A stretch of 32,000 nucleotides of DNA from Candidatus Woesearchaeota archaeon (GCA_964619325.1 CAZUEL010000002.1:8276-40275), one strand, 5' to 3'. Positions 7,363-15,304 are shown, counted from the first letter of the stretch. Numbers and translations: made by a program. Notes: a model not told the origin generated them from the letters alone.

Positions 7363-8349
7363 ATGTCAGATGGGTCCTACACTCTTGCGCTGATAAGCAT
7401 CGCAGTGAGCTTTTTTGTAACGATTTTTCTTGTAAAAATCTGGATGCGCGCGGCAAAGAAGTTCGAGCTTGTCGGCAAGGACCTAAACAAGGTTGACGGC
7501 CAGCTCATCCCAGAGAGCGGTGGCCTGCCCGCCATGTTCGGTGTCCTGTCCGGCCTGCTGCTATATGTTTTTTTCAAAACATTTCTGCTCAAAACTGAAA
7601 CAAACCTGCTCGCCATGTTCGCGGTGATGATGTCGTTCATGTTTGCCGGCTTCCTTGGTTTCATCGATGACATACTGGGCTGGAAAAAAGGCCTTGCGCA
7701 GTGGCAGAAACCGCTGCTGACACTGCCAGTCGCTGTCCCACTCATGGTGCTTGACGCAGGCCATCATGCAATGGCACTGCCGATATTCGGCCAGGTAGAT
7801 TTCGGGCTCGCCTATCCACTAATTATAATTCCTGTTGCGATTGTTGGCGCCGCAAACGGATTCAACATGCTTGCTGGCCTGAACGGCTTGGAGGCAGGCA
7901 TGGGCGCGATCATACTTGGCGCAATGGGCTATGTTTCATTTGTCACGGGCAACCCGCTCCTCTCACTAATCGCGTTCAGCACAGTTGCTGCACTTCTCGC
8001 ATTTCTGATTTTCAATAAATACCCCGCAAAAATATTTCCGGGAGATTCGCTGACTTATGGCGTTGGCGCCCTGATTGCGATTCTTGCAATCCTCGGCAAC
8101 ATGGAACGCATCGCGGCCTTCCTGTTCATCCCATATTTTATCGAGCTGCTGCTAAAAGCGCGATATAAATTCAAGTTTGAGAGCACTGCAAACGTGCCGC
8201 AGCCTGATGGAACACTGCTTGCACCAGAAAAAACTGCATCGCTGGTGCACATCTTTGTCAGAAAGTTCGGGACAGAAAAATGGGCCTGCGGAGGCATATT
8301 GCTGACCGAAATATTCTTAGCGCTTTTGGCCCTCATATGGTACATCTAA
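7363..8349 (+). CDS. UDP-GlcNAc:dolichyl-phosphate GlcNAc-1-phosphate transferase-like (MraY/WecA/GPT family, AglH-like)
   Basis: IDDILGWKKG and NGFNMLAGLNGLEAGMG motifs; polytopic. Start moved to ATG 7363, after the aglB stop, with GGTGA 5 nt upstream. Confidence 0.8.
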   Translation: MSDGSYTLALISIAVSFFVTIFLVKIWMRAAKKFELVGKDLNKVDGQLIPESGGLPAMFGVLSGLLLYVFFKTFLLKTETNLLAMFAVMMSFMFAGFLGFIDDILGWKKGLAQWQKPLLTLPVAVPLMVLDAGHHAMALPIFGQVDFGLAYPLIIIPVAIVGAANGFNMLAGLNGLEAGMGAIILGAMGYVSFVTGNPLLSLIAFSTVAALLAFLIFNKYPAKIFPGDSLTYGVGALIAILAILGNMERIAAFLFIPYFIELLLKARYKFKFESTANVPQPDGTLLAPEKTASLVHIFVRKFGTEKWACGGILLTEIFLALLALIWYI

Positions 8350-8350
8350 A

Positions 8351-9643
8351 ATGAAAATATTCGAGCAATTGAAAACCTACCTGAAGAGTGATGCTGCATT
8401 TATAACACAAAGTGGTACATTATTTACTACCTCACTTTTGGCGGCATTCTTAAATTATTTATACCAATTTTCAATGGGCCGCCTGCTTGGACCTGCGGAC
8501 TACGGAGTTCTTGGTGCATTTTCTGCAATGGTACATTTCTTTCTAGCCATAACAAACACAATACAAACCGTGACTGCAAAATTTGTATCTGTACTAAATA
8601 CCAACTCTGAATTGAGCAAAATCGGCTGGCTACTACGCAAACTTTCTACGAAAACATTACTAGCCGGCTTCGGCTTATTTTTCTTTTTCTTGATTATATC
8701 TGGTTTCATTGGAAACTTCCTTAACATTCCAAAATCGTACCTGGTCATGTTCAGTACATTTTTTATCGCACTCTTTTTGATATCTGGGTTGCGGGGCGTC
8801 CTACAGGGCCTACAGAAATTTAGGTCGCTTGGCCTAAACGTAGTTTTTGAGGCTACGTTAAAAATTGGCATCGCCCTAGGCCTAATATTACTGGGGTTGG
8901 GCATATCTGGTGCAATAATATCATTTGGTGCGGCAATGATAATTACAACCGCGTTTTCTTTTGTACCGCTTGCCAAAACATGGAGAAACGCAGCCTATTA
9001 TGAATTAAACACTGCGGAAATTTACAGATATTCTATGCCCGTATTCGTAGCGATGACAGCAATCACTGCATTTTACACGCTAGACATAGTGCTGGTAAAA
9101 CACTTCTTGGACGCAACGGCCGCTGGCCACTATGCAGCAGCATCAATCCTAGCAAAAATAATTTTCTTTGGTTCTATGTCAATCAGTCAGGTAATGTTCC
9201 CAAAAATTTCTGAGTTATATACAACCGGACAGAATTACCGCAGCGTCTTCGGCAAAGCCGTGGCCCTGACTGGATTGCTAGCGGCTACAGGCGCGGCGAT
9301 CTATTATCTATTTCCAAAATTTGTAGTTTCTCTGCTTTTCGGCCCAGACTATTACGACATAATACCGATAATTGGGCTCTTCGGTCTAGCAATCAGTCTC
9401 TTCTCTATTTCTTTTGTTTTTGTAAACTACTTTTTAGCTATTAACAAAACTGACTTTGTTTATTTACTCATTTTATTTGTAGTAGCAGAACTCACGGCAA
9501 TTTGGTTCTACCACAACTCAATTTTACAAATAATACGAATATTATTGGCCATTGTAACAATCCTACTGGCAAGCTTAGTTTTATATTTCTTTCTATCATT
9601 AAAAACTGAAAATGCGAGTGTCAATAATAATTCCAGCATATGA
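8351..9643 (+). CDS. polysaccharide/oligosaccharide flippase (MOP/Wzx-like)
   Basis: 430 aa with roughly 12-14 hydrophobic segments. Sits inside the glycosylation cluster, 1 nt after the upstream stop. Confidence 0.7.
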   Translation: MKIFEQLKTYLKSDAAFITQSGTLFTTSLLAAFLNYLYQFSMGRLLGPADYGVLGAFSAMVHFFLAITNTIQTVTAKFVSVLNTNSELSKIGWLLRKLSTKTLLAGFGLFFFFLIISGFIGNFLNIPKSYLVMFSTFFIALFLISGLRGVLQGLQKFRSLGLNVVFEATLKIGIALGLILLGLGISGAIISFGAAMIITTAFSFVPLAKTWRNAAYYELNTAEIYRYSMPVFVAMTAITAFYTLDIVLVKHFLDATAAGHYAAASILAKIIFFGSMSISQVMFPKISELYTTGQNYRSVFGKAVALTGLLAATGAAIYYLFPKFVVSLLFGPDYYDIIPIIGLFGLAISLFSISFVFVNYFLAINKTDFVYLLILFVVAELTAIWFYHNSILQIIRILLAIVTILLASLVLYFFLSLKTENASVNNNSSI

Positions 9644-10391
9644 TGAAGAAGCGAGAATAAAGGAAACGCTAGGCGCGTATTTATCATATTTTTCAGCAAT
9701 GCAGCATGATATTGATTTCATTATCGTGGTTGAGGGCCATGACAAGACGCTAGAAATTGTAAAAGAATTTCAAAAGACCAACAGCAACGTCAAATATAGC
9801 TATTCTGCCGCGCGCTTGGGAAAGGGTGGCGCAATTATTTGCGGCTTCAAAATGGCCACCGGCGATCTCATTGGATTTGTGGATGCTGATGCAAGCACAG
9901 CACCAGAAGCGTTCGACTCGCTCATTAAAACAATTGGAGATTACGATGGCATAATTGCTTCGCGAAAAGTCCGTGGGGCAAAACAGATTAAAAGGGAGCC
10001 AATCCTGCAACGATTTGGCAGTCGCGGATTCAACACCTTAGTAAGAACTATGTTCTTGCTACCATTTAAAGATACGCAATGCGGTGCAAAACTATTCAAA
10101 CGGCAAGCCATACTCACAATTTTACCAGAACTAGGCATAACTGAATTTACATTCGACATTGACCTGCTTTTAAGACTACATTTAAAGGAATTTAAAATTA
10201 AAGAAGTGCCAACAATTTGGGAGCATAAACCTGGCGCGAAATTTAATTTCACAAAATGGTTTTGGAAATTAATACCAATTATGTTTCTATCGCTATGTCG
10301 GCTTCGCCTTCTTCACTCCCCATTTAGAAGTGTTGTTCGCGCGCATGATGTGGTAAGAAGTAAGATAAAGAAACTATTTCCAAAGTTTTAG
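9612..10391 (+). CDS. family 2 glycosyltransferase (dolichyl-phosphate hexosyltransferase-like)
   Basis: VSIIIPAYDEE N-terminus and a DADAS (DxD-type) motif; C-terminal hydrophobic tail. Confidence 0.8.
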   Translation: MRVSIIIPAYDEEARIKETLGAYLSYFSAMQHDIDFIIVVEGHDKTLEIVKEFQKTNSNVKYSYSAARLGKGGAIICGFKMATGDLIGFVDADASTAPEAFDSLIKTIGDYDGIIASRKVRGAKQIKREPILQRFGSRGFNTLVRTMFLLPFKDTQCGAKLFKRQAILTILPELGITEFTFDIDLLLRLHLKEFKIKEVPTIWEHKPGAKFNFTKWFWKLIPIMFLSLCRLRLLHSPFRSVVRAHDVVRSKIKKLFPKF

Positions 10392-11570
10392 TGAGATAAA
10401 CACTGCCGCGCCGGAAACTATTGCTACATAAATAAATGGTATCATCGGCCCGCCTAAAAACTGCCCGAATATTCCGCCCAGCAGCGGGCCAAGCATCAGG
10501 CCAACATCTTTTGAAGAATCAAATACGCCAGTCATCTCGCCACGCTTGCCAGCAGGAATAATTTGTGTTGCGATCGCCTCGGTACCAGGTATTATCCACG
10601 CCACCGCACCAGCGGAAAGTATGAGGAAAAACGCAAACATGTATTTGTTAACGCTCAGGAATGCAAAATACGAAGATGAAAACAGAAGTAAGAAGCCTGC
10701 AAGAATGATATATTTTGCACCTACTTTATCCATAAGATAGCCAGACGTCAGGTAGAGTAAGCCTTCTACTAACATCATCGCACCAAGAACTGCACCAGCT
10801 GCTTCTTCACTGAAACCAAAAACATTTGATCCGGCAATCTGCACAAACACCCACTCAATGCCAATCCAGATGTTTATGCCCACAGACATAAAATAAAGCG
10901 GCAACGCATACTTGTGGATCGAAATATATTCTCTGAAAGATTTAGCGAGCGCAAATAGTTTTGTATGTTTTATCTCTGTTTTGGTTTTTTGCTGAGAATC
11001 ATACTTTAGTACAAATGCGCCATAAACTAAGCTAGCAACTACGAGCGCCGAAAAAATCAGGAAATTTGCGCGAAGGCTAGCCGTAGCGGTAACAATGCCT
11101 GCGATTATTGGGCCAGCAATCCACCCCACTTGCGAGAGCGTAAAATAAATCCCTTCAGATAAACTATACATTTTTGGTGGCGAGTACTCACGCACCAAAA
11201 CCGCCTCTGGAATCCAGAATGCAACCGCAATTATTCCAAAAACAAACTCGAGAATCATCAACTGCCACAAATTCTGCGCAAAATAATAAATCACGCCTAT
11301 GCCCGCAAGGCCGGCAAGGGCTGCGAGCATAATTTTTCGGCGACCGAACCTATCTACCGCGAGGCCAAGCGGCACTTCAAAGAAAAAAGATGCAGCATAA
11401 ACAAGTGACACAGTCAGGCCGATTATTGCCAAACTCTCAGATATGTCTTCGGTAAAATATGGTATGATAAAATCGAATATGCCAAATGCAGTGACTACTA
11501 ACAATCCTATGAGCGACACTTTGAAAATCTTTCCGAGTCCGCCGCGCATCGCGTCTTTAAACGAAATCAT
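10374..11570 (-). CDS. MFS transporter
   Basis: 398 aa, about 12 TM segments, with the MFS loop motif GLAVDRFGRRK. Confidence 0.8.
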   Translation of the reverse strand: MISFKDAMRGGLGKIFKVSLIGLLVVTAFGIFDFIIPYFTEDISESLAIIGLTVSLVYAASFFFEVPLGLAVDRFGRRKIMLAALAGLAGIGVIYYFAQNLWQLMILEFVFGIIAVAFWIPEAVLVREYSPPKMYSLSEGIYFTLSQVGWIAGPIIAGIVTATASLRANFLIFSALVVASLVYGAFVLKYDSQQKTKTEIKHTKLFALAKSFREYISIHKYALPLYFMSVGINIWIGIEWVFVQIAGSNVFGFSEEAAGAVLGAMMLVEGLLYLTSGYLMDKVGAKYIILAGFLLLFSSSYFAFLSVNKYMFAFFLILSAGAVAWIIPGTEAIATQIIPAGKRGEMTGVFDSSKDVGLMLGPLLGGIFGQFLGGPMIPFIYVAIVSGAAVFISLKLWK

Positions 11571-12007
11571 CCGCCCATCACCCTACACTCGCCATTGATG
11601 CAGGACGGCGCATACTCTTTTTCGGGACAGACTAAATTCAAAACTGGATCGACACATTTCACACGAGCGTTGTTCCACGCTATTTTGTAATCCTTGTTTA
11701 TTGCAGTGATGCAGAAGTTTCCGCTCCTGCACTCCAAATCTGTAAGCGAGCAGCGCAGGTTGTTGCACAGCGGCTTGACTACAACACAATCTTTTTCTGA
11801 AATGCAGCGGTGTGATTCTCCGTAAGAAGAAACTCCGCCCTGCGCGCAGTCCGGGTCTGTTGCGTACGTGCAGCCCAACGGACAGACGGAGTCGCCCGCA
11901 CGGCATTCTGGCTTTGTTTCCGGAGTTATTTTTGCGAGCGCAAAGATTGCATACGCAACTATTGCAAGAACTAAAACTGCAACAATGATTTTACCAGTCG
12001 CGGCCAT
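11567..12007 (-). CDS. membrane-anchored cysteine-rich extracellular protein, function unknown
   Basis: N-terminal TM helix, then 14 Cys by my count. ATGA overlap with the MFS gene. TATA lies 22 nt upstream of ATG 12007. Confidence 0.6.
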   Translation of the reverse strand: MAATGKIIVAVLVLAIVAYAIFALAKITPETKPECRAGDSVCPLGCTYATDPDCAQGGVSSYGESHRCISEKDCVVVKPLCNNLRCSLTDLECRSGNFCITAINKDYKIAWNNARVKCVDPVLNLVCPEKEYAPSCINGECRVMGG

Positions 12008-12027
12008 ATGATTTCTAAAAATTTGGC

Positions 12028-12037
12028 GTATAAAAAG
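12028..12037 (-). promoter_or_regulatory. TATA box (ctttttatac) for the Cys-rich/MFS operon
   Basis: tttata ends 22 nt upstream of ATG 12007. Confidence 0.5.
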
Positions 12038-12090
12038 TTTGAGTTATGAAAATTGTTACTGTACGATTAAAATTTTAGCTAATGCATAGT

Positions 12091-12099
12091 TATTTAAAC
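12091..12099 (+). promoter_or_regulatory. TATA box (tatttaaac) for the polybasic micro-ORF
   Basis: Predicted TSS near 12120, giving a ~32-nt leader that carries AAGGAGGT at 12136-12143. Confidence 0.45.
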
Positions 12100-12151
12100 A
12101 ACAACTGCATTAAAAACATAAAGTTAGTAAAACTTAAGGAGGTCAAAACAA

Positions 12152-12235
12152 ATGGTCAAGCGAAAAGTCCACCACAAGAAACGAAAGGCGAAGAGAAAAA
12201 CGCATAAGCGCGTGCACCACAAGAAACGCAGGTAA
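12152..12235 (+). CDS. 27-aa polybasic peptide (MVKRKVHHKKRKAKRKTHKRVHHKKRR)
   Basis: Strong SD (AAGGAGGT) 8 nt upstream, its own TATA, and T-runs downstream. Not in the ORF track because it is too short. Confidence 0.5.
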   Translation: MVKRKVHHKKRKAKRKTHKRVHHKKRR

Positions 12236-12252
12236 TTATTTATTGTTTAGTG

Positions 12253-12272
12253 TTTTTTTAGTTTTGTTTTTT
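12253..12272 (+). terminator. oligo-T tract cluster (T7, T4, T6)
   Basis: Archaeal terminators are typically oligo-T runs; these lie just downstream of the micro-ORF stop. Confidence 0.3.
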
Positions 12273-12308
12273 AATTTGCACATTAAAGTTCACAAACTAT
12301 GTTTTGTG

Positions 12309-12461
12309 TTAAATCCTCTTTCCCCGAGCACACGATGTGCAACAGTCCATATTTTTGTTAAAATGCTCCTTGCACACACTTGCACCGCAGAACTGGCACG
12401 AGTTGGTGGCTGGCCTGCCGCAGTAAACACACATACTTGCACGGGACACACTTGCTTTCAT
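12309..12461 (-). CDS. 50-aa cross-brace (HIT/MYND-like) zinc-finger protein
   Basis: My own translation: MKASVSRASMCVYCGRPATNSCQFCGASVCKEHFNKNMDCCTSCARGKRI. Ligand pattern is CxxC-x7-CxxC-x4-CxxH-x6-CCxxC. The ATG lies 2 nt after the cysS stop. Confidence 0.55.
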   Translation of the reverse strand: MKASVSRASMCVYCGRPATNSCQFCGASVCKEHFNKNMDCCTSCARGKRI

Positions 12462-12463
12462 CG

Positions 12464-13849
12464 CTAAACTTTTTTCCATCTCGTCCCGCCGTCCTGCAGG
12501 TCTTCCAGCAAAATTCCTTTTCCTTTCAGCTCGTTTCTGATTCTGTCCGAAGTTTTCCAGTCTTTGGATTCCCTTGCCTGCTCGCGTTCCTTTATGAGTT
12601 TCATAAGTTCGGCTGGAAGTTTTTCTTCTTTAATGTGTTTCAAATTTAATCCTAACACATTATCCGCATCAAGAATAAATTTATAAACTTTTTTTGCTGC
12701 TGCGGAGCTTAGTTTATTTGCAGCTATTGATTTATTTACCACAGACATAAGATCAAAAATTACTGCGAGCGCGCCCGCGATGTTAAAGTCGTCGTCCATC
12801 GCTGCCTCAAACTTGTCTTTCGCTTTTGAAATTATTGTATTAACCTTTTCACCGGCTTTTGCACTAACATTTTGCAGTTTCAGAACAAAATCAACGAACT
12901 TTTGGTAAACTGCGTTTGTATTTCTCAAATTCTCTTCCGAGTAGTTGATTGGCTGGCGGTAATGCGTTGCCGCGAAGAATAATCTCAAGACCTGCGGCGA
13001 ATATTTTGCCAGCGCGTCTCGGATTGTTACAAAGTTTCCTAATGATTTTGACATCTTCTCGCCATTGACCATTAAAAACTCATTGTGCATCCAGTAATTC
13101 ACGAGCGGCTTTTTTCCGGAGACAGCTTCTATCTGCGCGATCTCGCACTCGTGATGCGGGAAAATCAAGTCTATGCCGCCGCCGTGGATGTCGTACTGCG
13201 GGCCAAAGAATCTTTCTGTAATAGCTGTGTCTTCGATGTGCCAGCCAGGCCTGCCGGCCCCAAAGGGCGAGGGCCAGAACGGCTCGCCTTCTTTATGGCA
13301 TTTCCAGAGAGAAAAGTCACCGGGATTTCTCTTCTGCGGGTTCTGTTCAACTCGGTGTTCCTTCAGCTGCTCAGGATTTTGGCGGGATAGCTTGCCATAA
13401 TCTTTGAACTTTGAAATATCAAAGTAAATGCCATCGTCAATCTGGTAGGCGAAGCCTTTCTTCATCAGTCTTTGTATTTGGTGGGTTATTTCTTTTATGT
13501 TGTCTGAGGCACGGACATATTTGCTGACTGAAATAACATTTAGTGACTTCATATCTTGGTAGTATGTATTTTCAAATCTTTTTGCTAATCTTGCTGGTAC
13601 TTCTTTTTTTTCATTTGCACGTTTAATTATTTTATCATCTATATCTGTAATGTTTTGCACGTAATTTAGTTTGTAGCCCTTCCACTTCAGATAGCGGGCG
13701 ACGATGTCAAAATTTATGTAACTCCTTGCGTGACCGATGTGCGCATAGTCATAAACAGTCGGCCCGCACACAAACATTTTTACTATCTTGCCTCGCGGGA
13801 CAAACTTCTTTTTCTTTCGGCTGAGCGTATCATATATTTGCAAAGTCAT
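12464..13849 (-). CDS. cysS: cysteinyl-tRNA synthetase
   Basis: HIGHARSY (HIGH) and KMSKSLGN (KMSKS) motifs; 461 aa. Confidence 0.95.
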   Translation of the reverse strand: MTLQIYDTLSRKKKKFVPRGKIVKMFVCGPTVYDYAHIGHARSYINFDIVARYLKWKGYKLNYVQNITDIDDKIIKRANEKKEVPARLAKRFENTYYQDMKSLNVISVSKYVRASDNIKEITHQIQRLMKKGFAYQIDDGIYFDISKFKDYGKLSRQNPEQLKEHRVEQNPQKRNPGDFSLWKCHKEGEPFWPSPFGAGRPGWHIEDTAITERFFGPQYDIHGGGIDLIFPHHECEIAQIEAVSGKKPLVNYWMHNEFLMVNGEKMSKSLGNFVTIRDALAKYSPQVLRLFFAATHYRQPINYSEENLRNTNAVYQKFVDFVLKLQNVSAKAGEKVNTIISKAKDKFEAAMDDDFNIAGALAVIFDLMSVVNKSIAANKLSSAAAKKVYKFILDADNVLGLNLKHIKEEKLPAELMKLIKEREQARESKDWKTSDRIRNELKGKGILLEDLQDGGTRWKKV

Positions 13850-14321
13850 TGTTAACTATCCCTCCTTGATATCTTGCTTGGTAAACTATTTTATTATTAA
13901 CACTTATTTTTTCTTTGCCATTGAATTCTTTTATTTTTCCGTTCCACTTGTTTTCATATTTCCAGCCTGCAAATTCTGCGGATTCGAAAATACTTGGGCC
14001 GCGATACGGTGCATCTTTCGGCATTTGCATAAGCGCTGTTTTGAGGAATTTCAAAAATAATTTATAATCTTCTCTGCCTTTGTAGCGCCCGCGATAAGTC
14101 ATAGACCAGATTGGAACGTCTTTAAACCAAACAACTTCAAAGCCCTGGAACGGCTCGCCACCAACATACTGATCAACGTAGCGCCAGTCACCTGATTCTG
14201 ATTTTATTAATTTGAGTTTTGGAAATGGATTTGTTTCTACAACGTCCTCTTTTGCCCAGCTTTCTGATAGTGCTGAAAACAAAAAGTCTGCAATTTGTTT
14301 TTCACTTACCATTTCAATCAT
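13830..14321 (-). CDS. conserved hypothetical protein (possibly DUF5680-like)
   Basis: 163 aa. GDWRYVDQYVGGEPFQGFEVVW..WSMTYRG recalls DUF5680 from memory only. 4-nt overlap with the upstream gene and 20-nt overlap with cysS. Confidence 0.65.
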   Translation of the reverse strand: MIEMVSEKQIADFLFSALSESWAKEDVVETNPFPKLKLIKSESGDWRYVDQYVGGEPFQGFEVVWFKDVPIWSMTYRGRYKGREDYKLFLKFLKTALMQMPKDAPYRGPSIFESAEFAGWKYENKWNGKIKEFNGKEKISVNNKIVYQARYQGGIVNNDFANI

Positions 14322-14926
14322 TCTATTTTTCTTACTTTATTATTTAATACTATAAGAGCCTGCCTGCCTGTTAATCGCTTAACTTCGTATTTTGTATTCG
14401 CCTCAGCTTCATCTATGATTTTTTTAAATTTGGCTGCATAGTGTGCAGTAACTATAAACGGGACAATGTTGAGGGCTGTTAAATCTTTCAGGCCAACTAT
14501 GTTTCTGTCAGCATGTTTCCACGCAGCAGCTTCGATGGTTGGGCAGACTATGTAGCTGCCGGCGCTGACGCCGACATATAATTTATTTCTTCTGACAAAA
14601 CTTTTAATCCATTTATCAAAACCTGTTTTTTTCAGTCTATCTAAAATATAAAATGCATTTCCGCCGCACGAATAAAATACATCAAAATTTGTATATTTTT
14701 TAGCATTAATTCTCATACTTATGTCTGCTTCAATTATGTTTTGTCTTTTAACGCCTAATTTAATCAAACTTTTTCTAAGTGCTTTTACGCGGCCAAGCCG
14801 CCCTCTTAATTTAGCAGTATGCATTATCAAAACTTTGTTTTCAGAGATGGGCTTGTCTAGCAATACGAGAAATGCATTCTTAATTTTTTTTGTTGTCAGT
14901 CCTTTTGAGGTCAGCAATAGTTTCAT
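14318..14926 (-). CDS. S51-family peptidase (dipeptidase E-like)
   Basis: 202 aa with GVSAGS nucleophile motif and GGNAFYIL. No TATA at the -22 position. Confidence 0.75.
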   Translation of the reverse strand: MKLLLTSKGLTTKKIKNAFLVLLDKPISENKVLIMHTAKLRGRLGRVKALRKSLIKLGVKRQNIIEADISMRINAKKYTNFDVFYSCGGNAFYILDRLKKTGFDKWIKSFVRRNKLYVGVSAGSYIVCPTIEAAAWKHADRNIVGLKDLTALNIVPFIVTAHYAAKFKKIIDEAEANTKYEVKRLTGRQALIVLNNKVRKIE

Positions 14927-14940
14927 CTTTCAGCTTTATG

Positions 14941-15269
14941 GAGCGGGGTAAGTGAGTTGCACACTTCTCTTCCGCTCTCGGACCCGCAGGGGGCTCTGCC
15001 CCCTTCAGGTGGACGCTCACCCTGACAAACAAAACCAAAGGTTTTGTTATACAGCAAAACTTCGTTTTGCTTGTACCCCCGGCGCCATCTTCGATGGCGC
15101 GAAGGAACCACGAGGCGTCCCAGCACATATCCCGAACCTGCAAAGTTGCATCAAACTTTGTTTGATGCGACGACTTCTTTCTTTGGATGCCCGGGAGCCT
15201 TTCTTTCCGTCAGAAGAAAGAAAGGCTGCCGCTGCAGGCGGACGCATAGCTGATCTGCCAACCCCGCTT
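14941..15269 (-). ncRNA. unassigned structured RNA (~330 nt): either a stable ncRNA or a structured 5' leader
   Basis: Non-coding gap, about 55% GC by hand count. Terminal helix pairs 15261-15268 with 14942-14949. Six near-perfect hairpins. The consensus promoter predicts a TSS at 15269. Confidence 0.55.
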
Positions 15270-15290
15270 AATTTAGCGACTGGCTCTAAC

Positions 15291-15304
15291 TTTAAATAGG
15301 TTTT
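15291..15304 (-). promoter_or_regulatory. BRE/TATA promoter (aaaacctatttaaa) for the structured RNA
   Basis: 14-nt identity with the map promoter at 19923-19936. The map spacing (22 nt) places the TSS at 15269, the first base of the terminal helix. Confidence 0.6.

Noticed and set aside
14975-15010. Resemblance between the element and the 3' part of the structured RNA: GC-AGA-GC hairpin, CUG.GGG.CC.AG, CGGAA, and the antisense-ORF peptide GAEPPAGPRAEE versus AEPSSAGPRK
   Set aside because: Identity comes in short blocks separated by indels within GC-rich hairpin sequence, and could arise by chance. It is worth rechecking only if more element copies are found genome-wide.
15014-15023. T-box-like element (AGGGUGAGCG on the RNA strand) upstream of a cysS-containing operon
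   Set aside because: Only GGGUG resembles the T-box core. There is no UGGA bulge for the tRNA 3' end, no recognisable specifier loop or K-turn, and no terminator/antiterminator pair.
14941-15269. Assignment of the structured RNA to RNase P RNA or SRP (7S) RNA
   Set aside because: Length and the paired 5'/3' ends fit both. However, I find no GGAAAGUCC-type CR-I, and no P4 complementarity with the 3' CUCACUUA segment. There is no GNAR tetraloop flanked by the AGCA helix-8 motif, and six short perfect hairpins do not fit SRP helix 5/6/8. It stays unassigned pending a covariance-model search.
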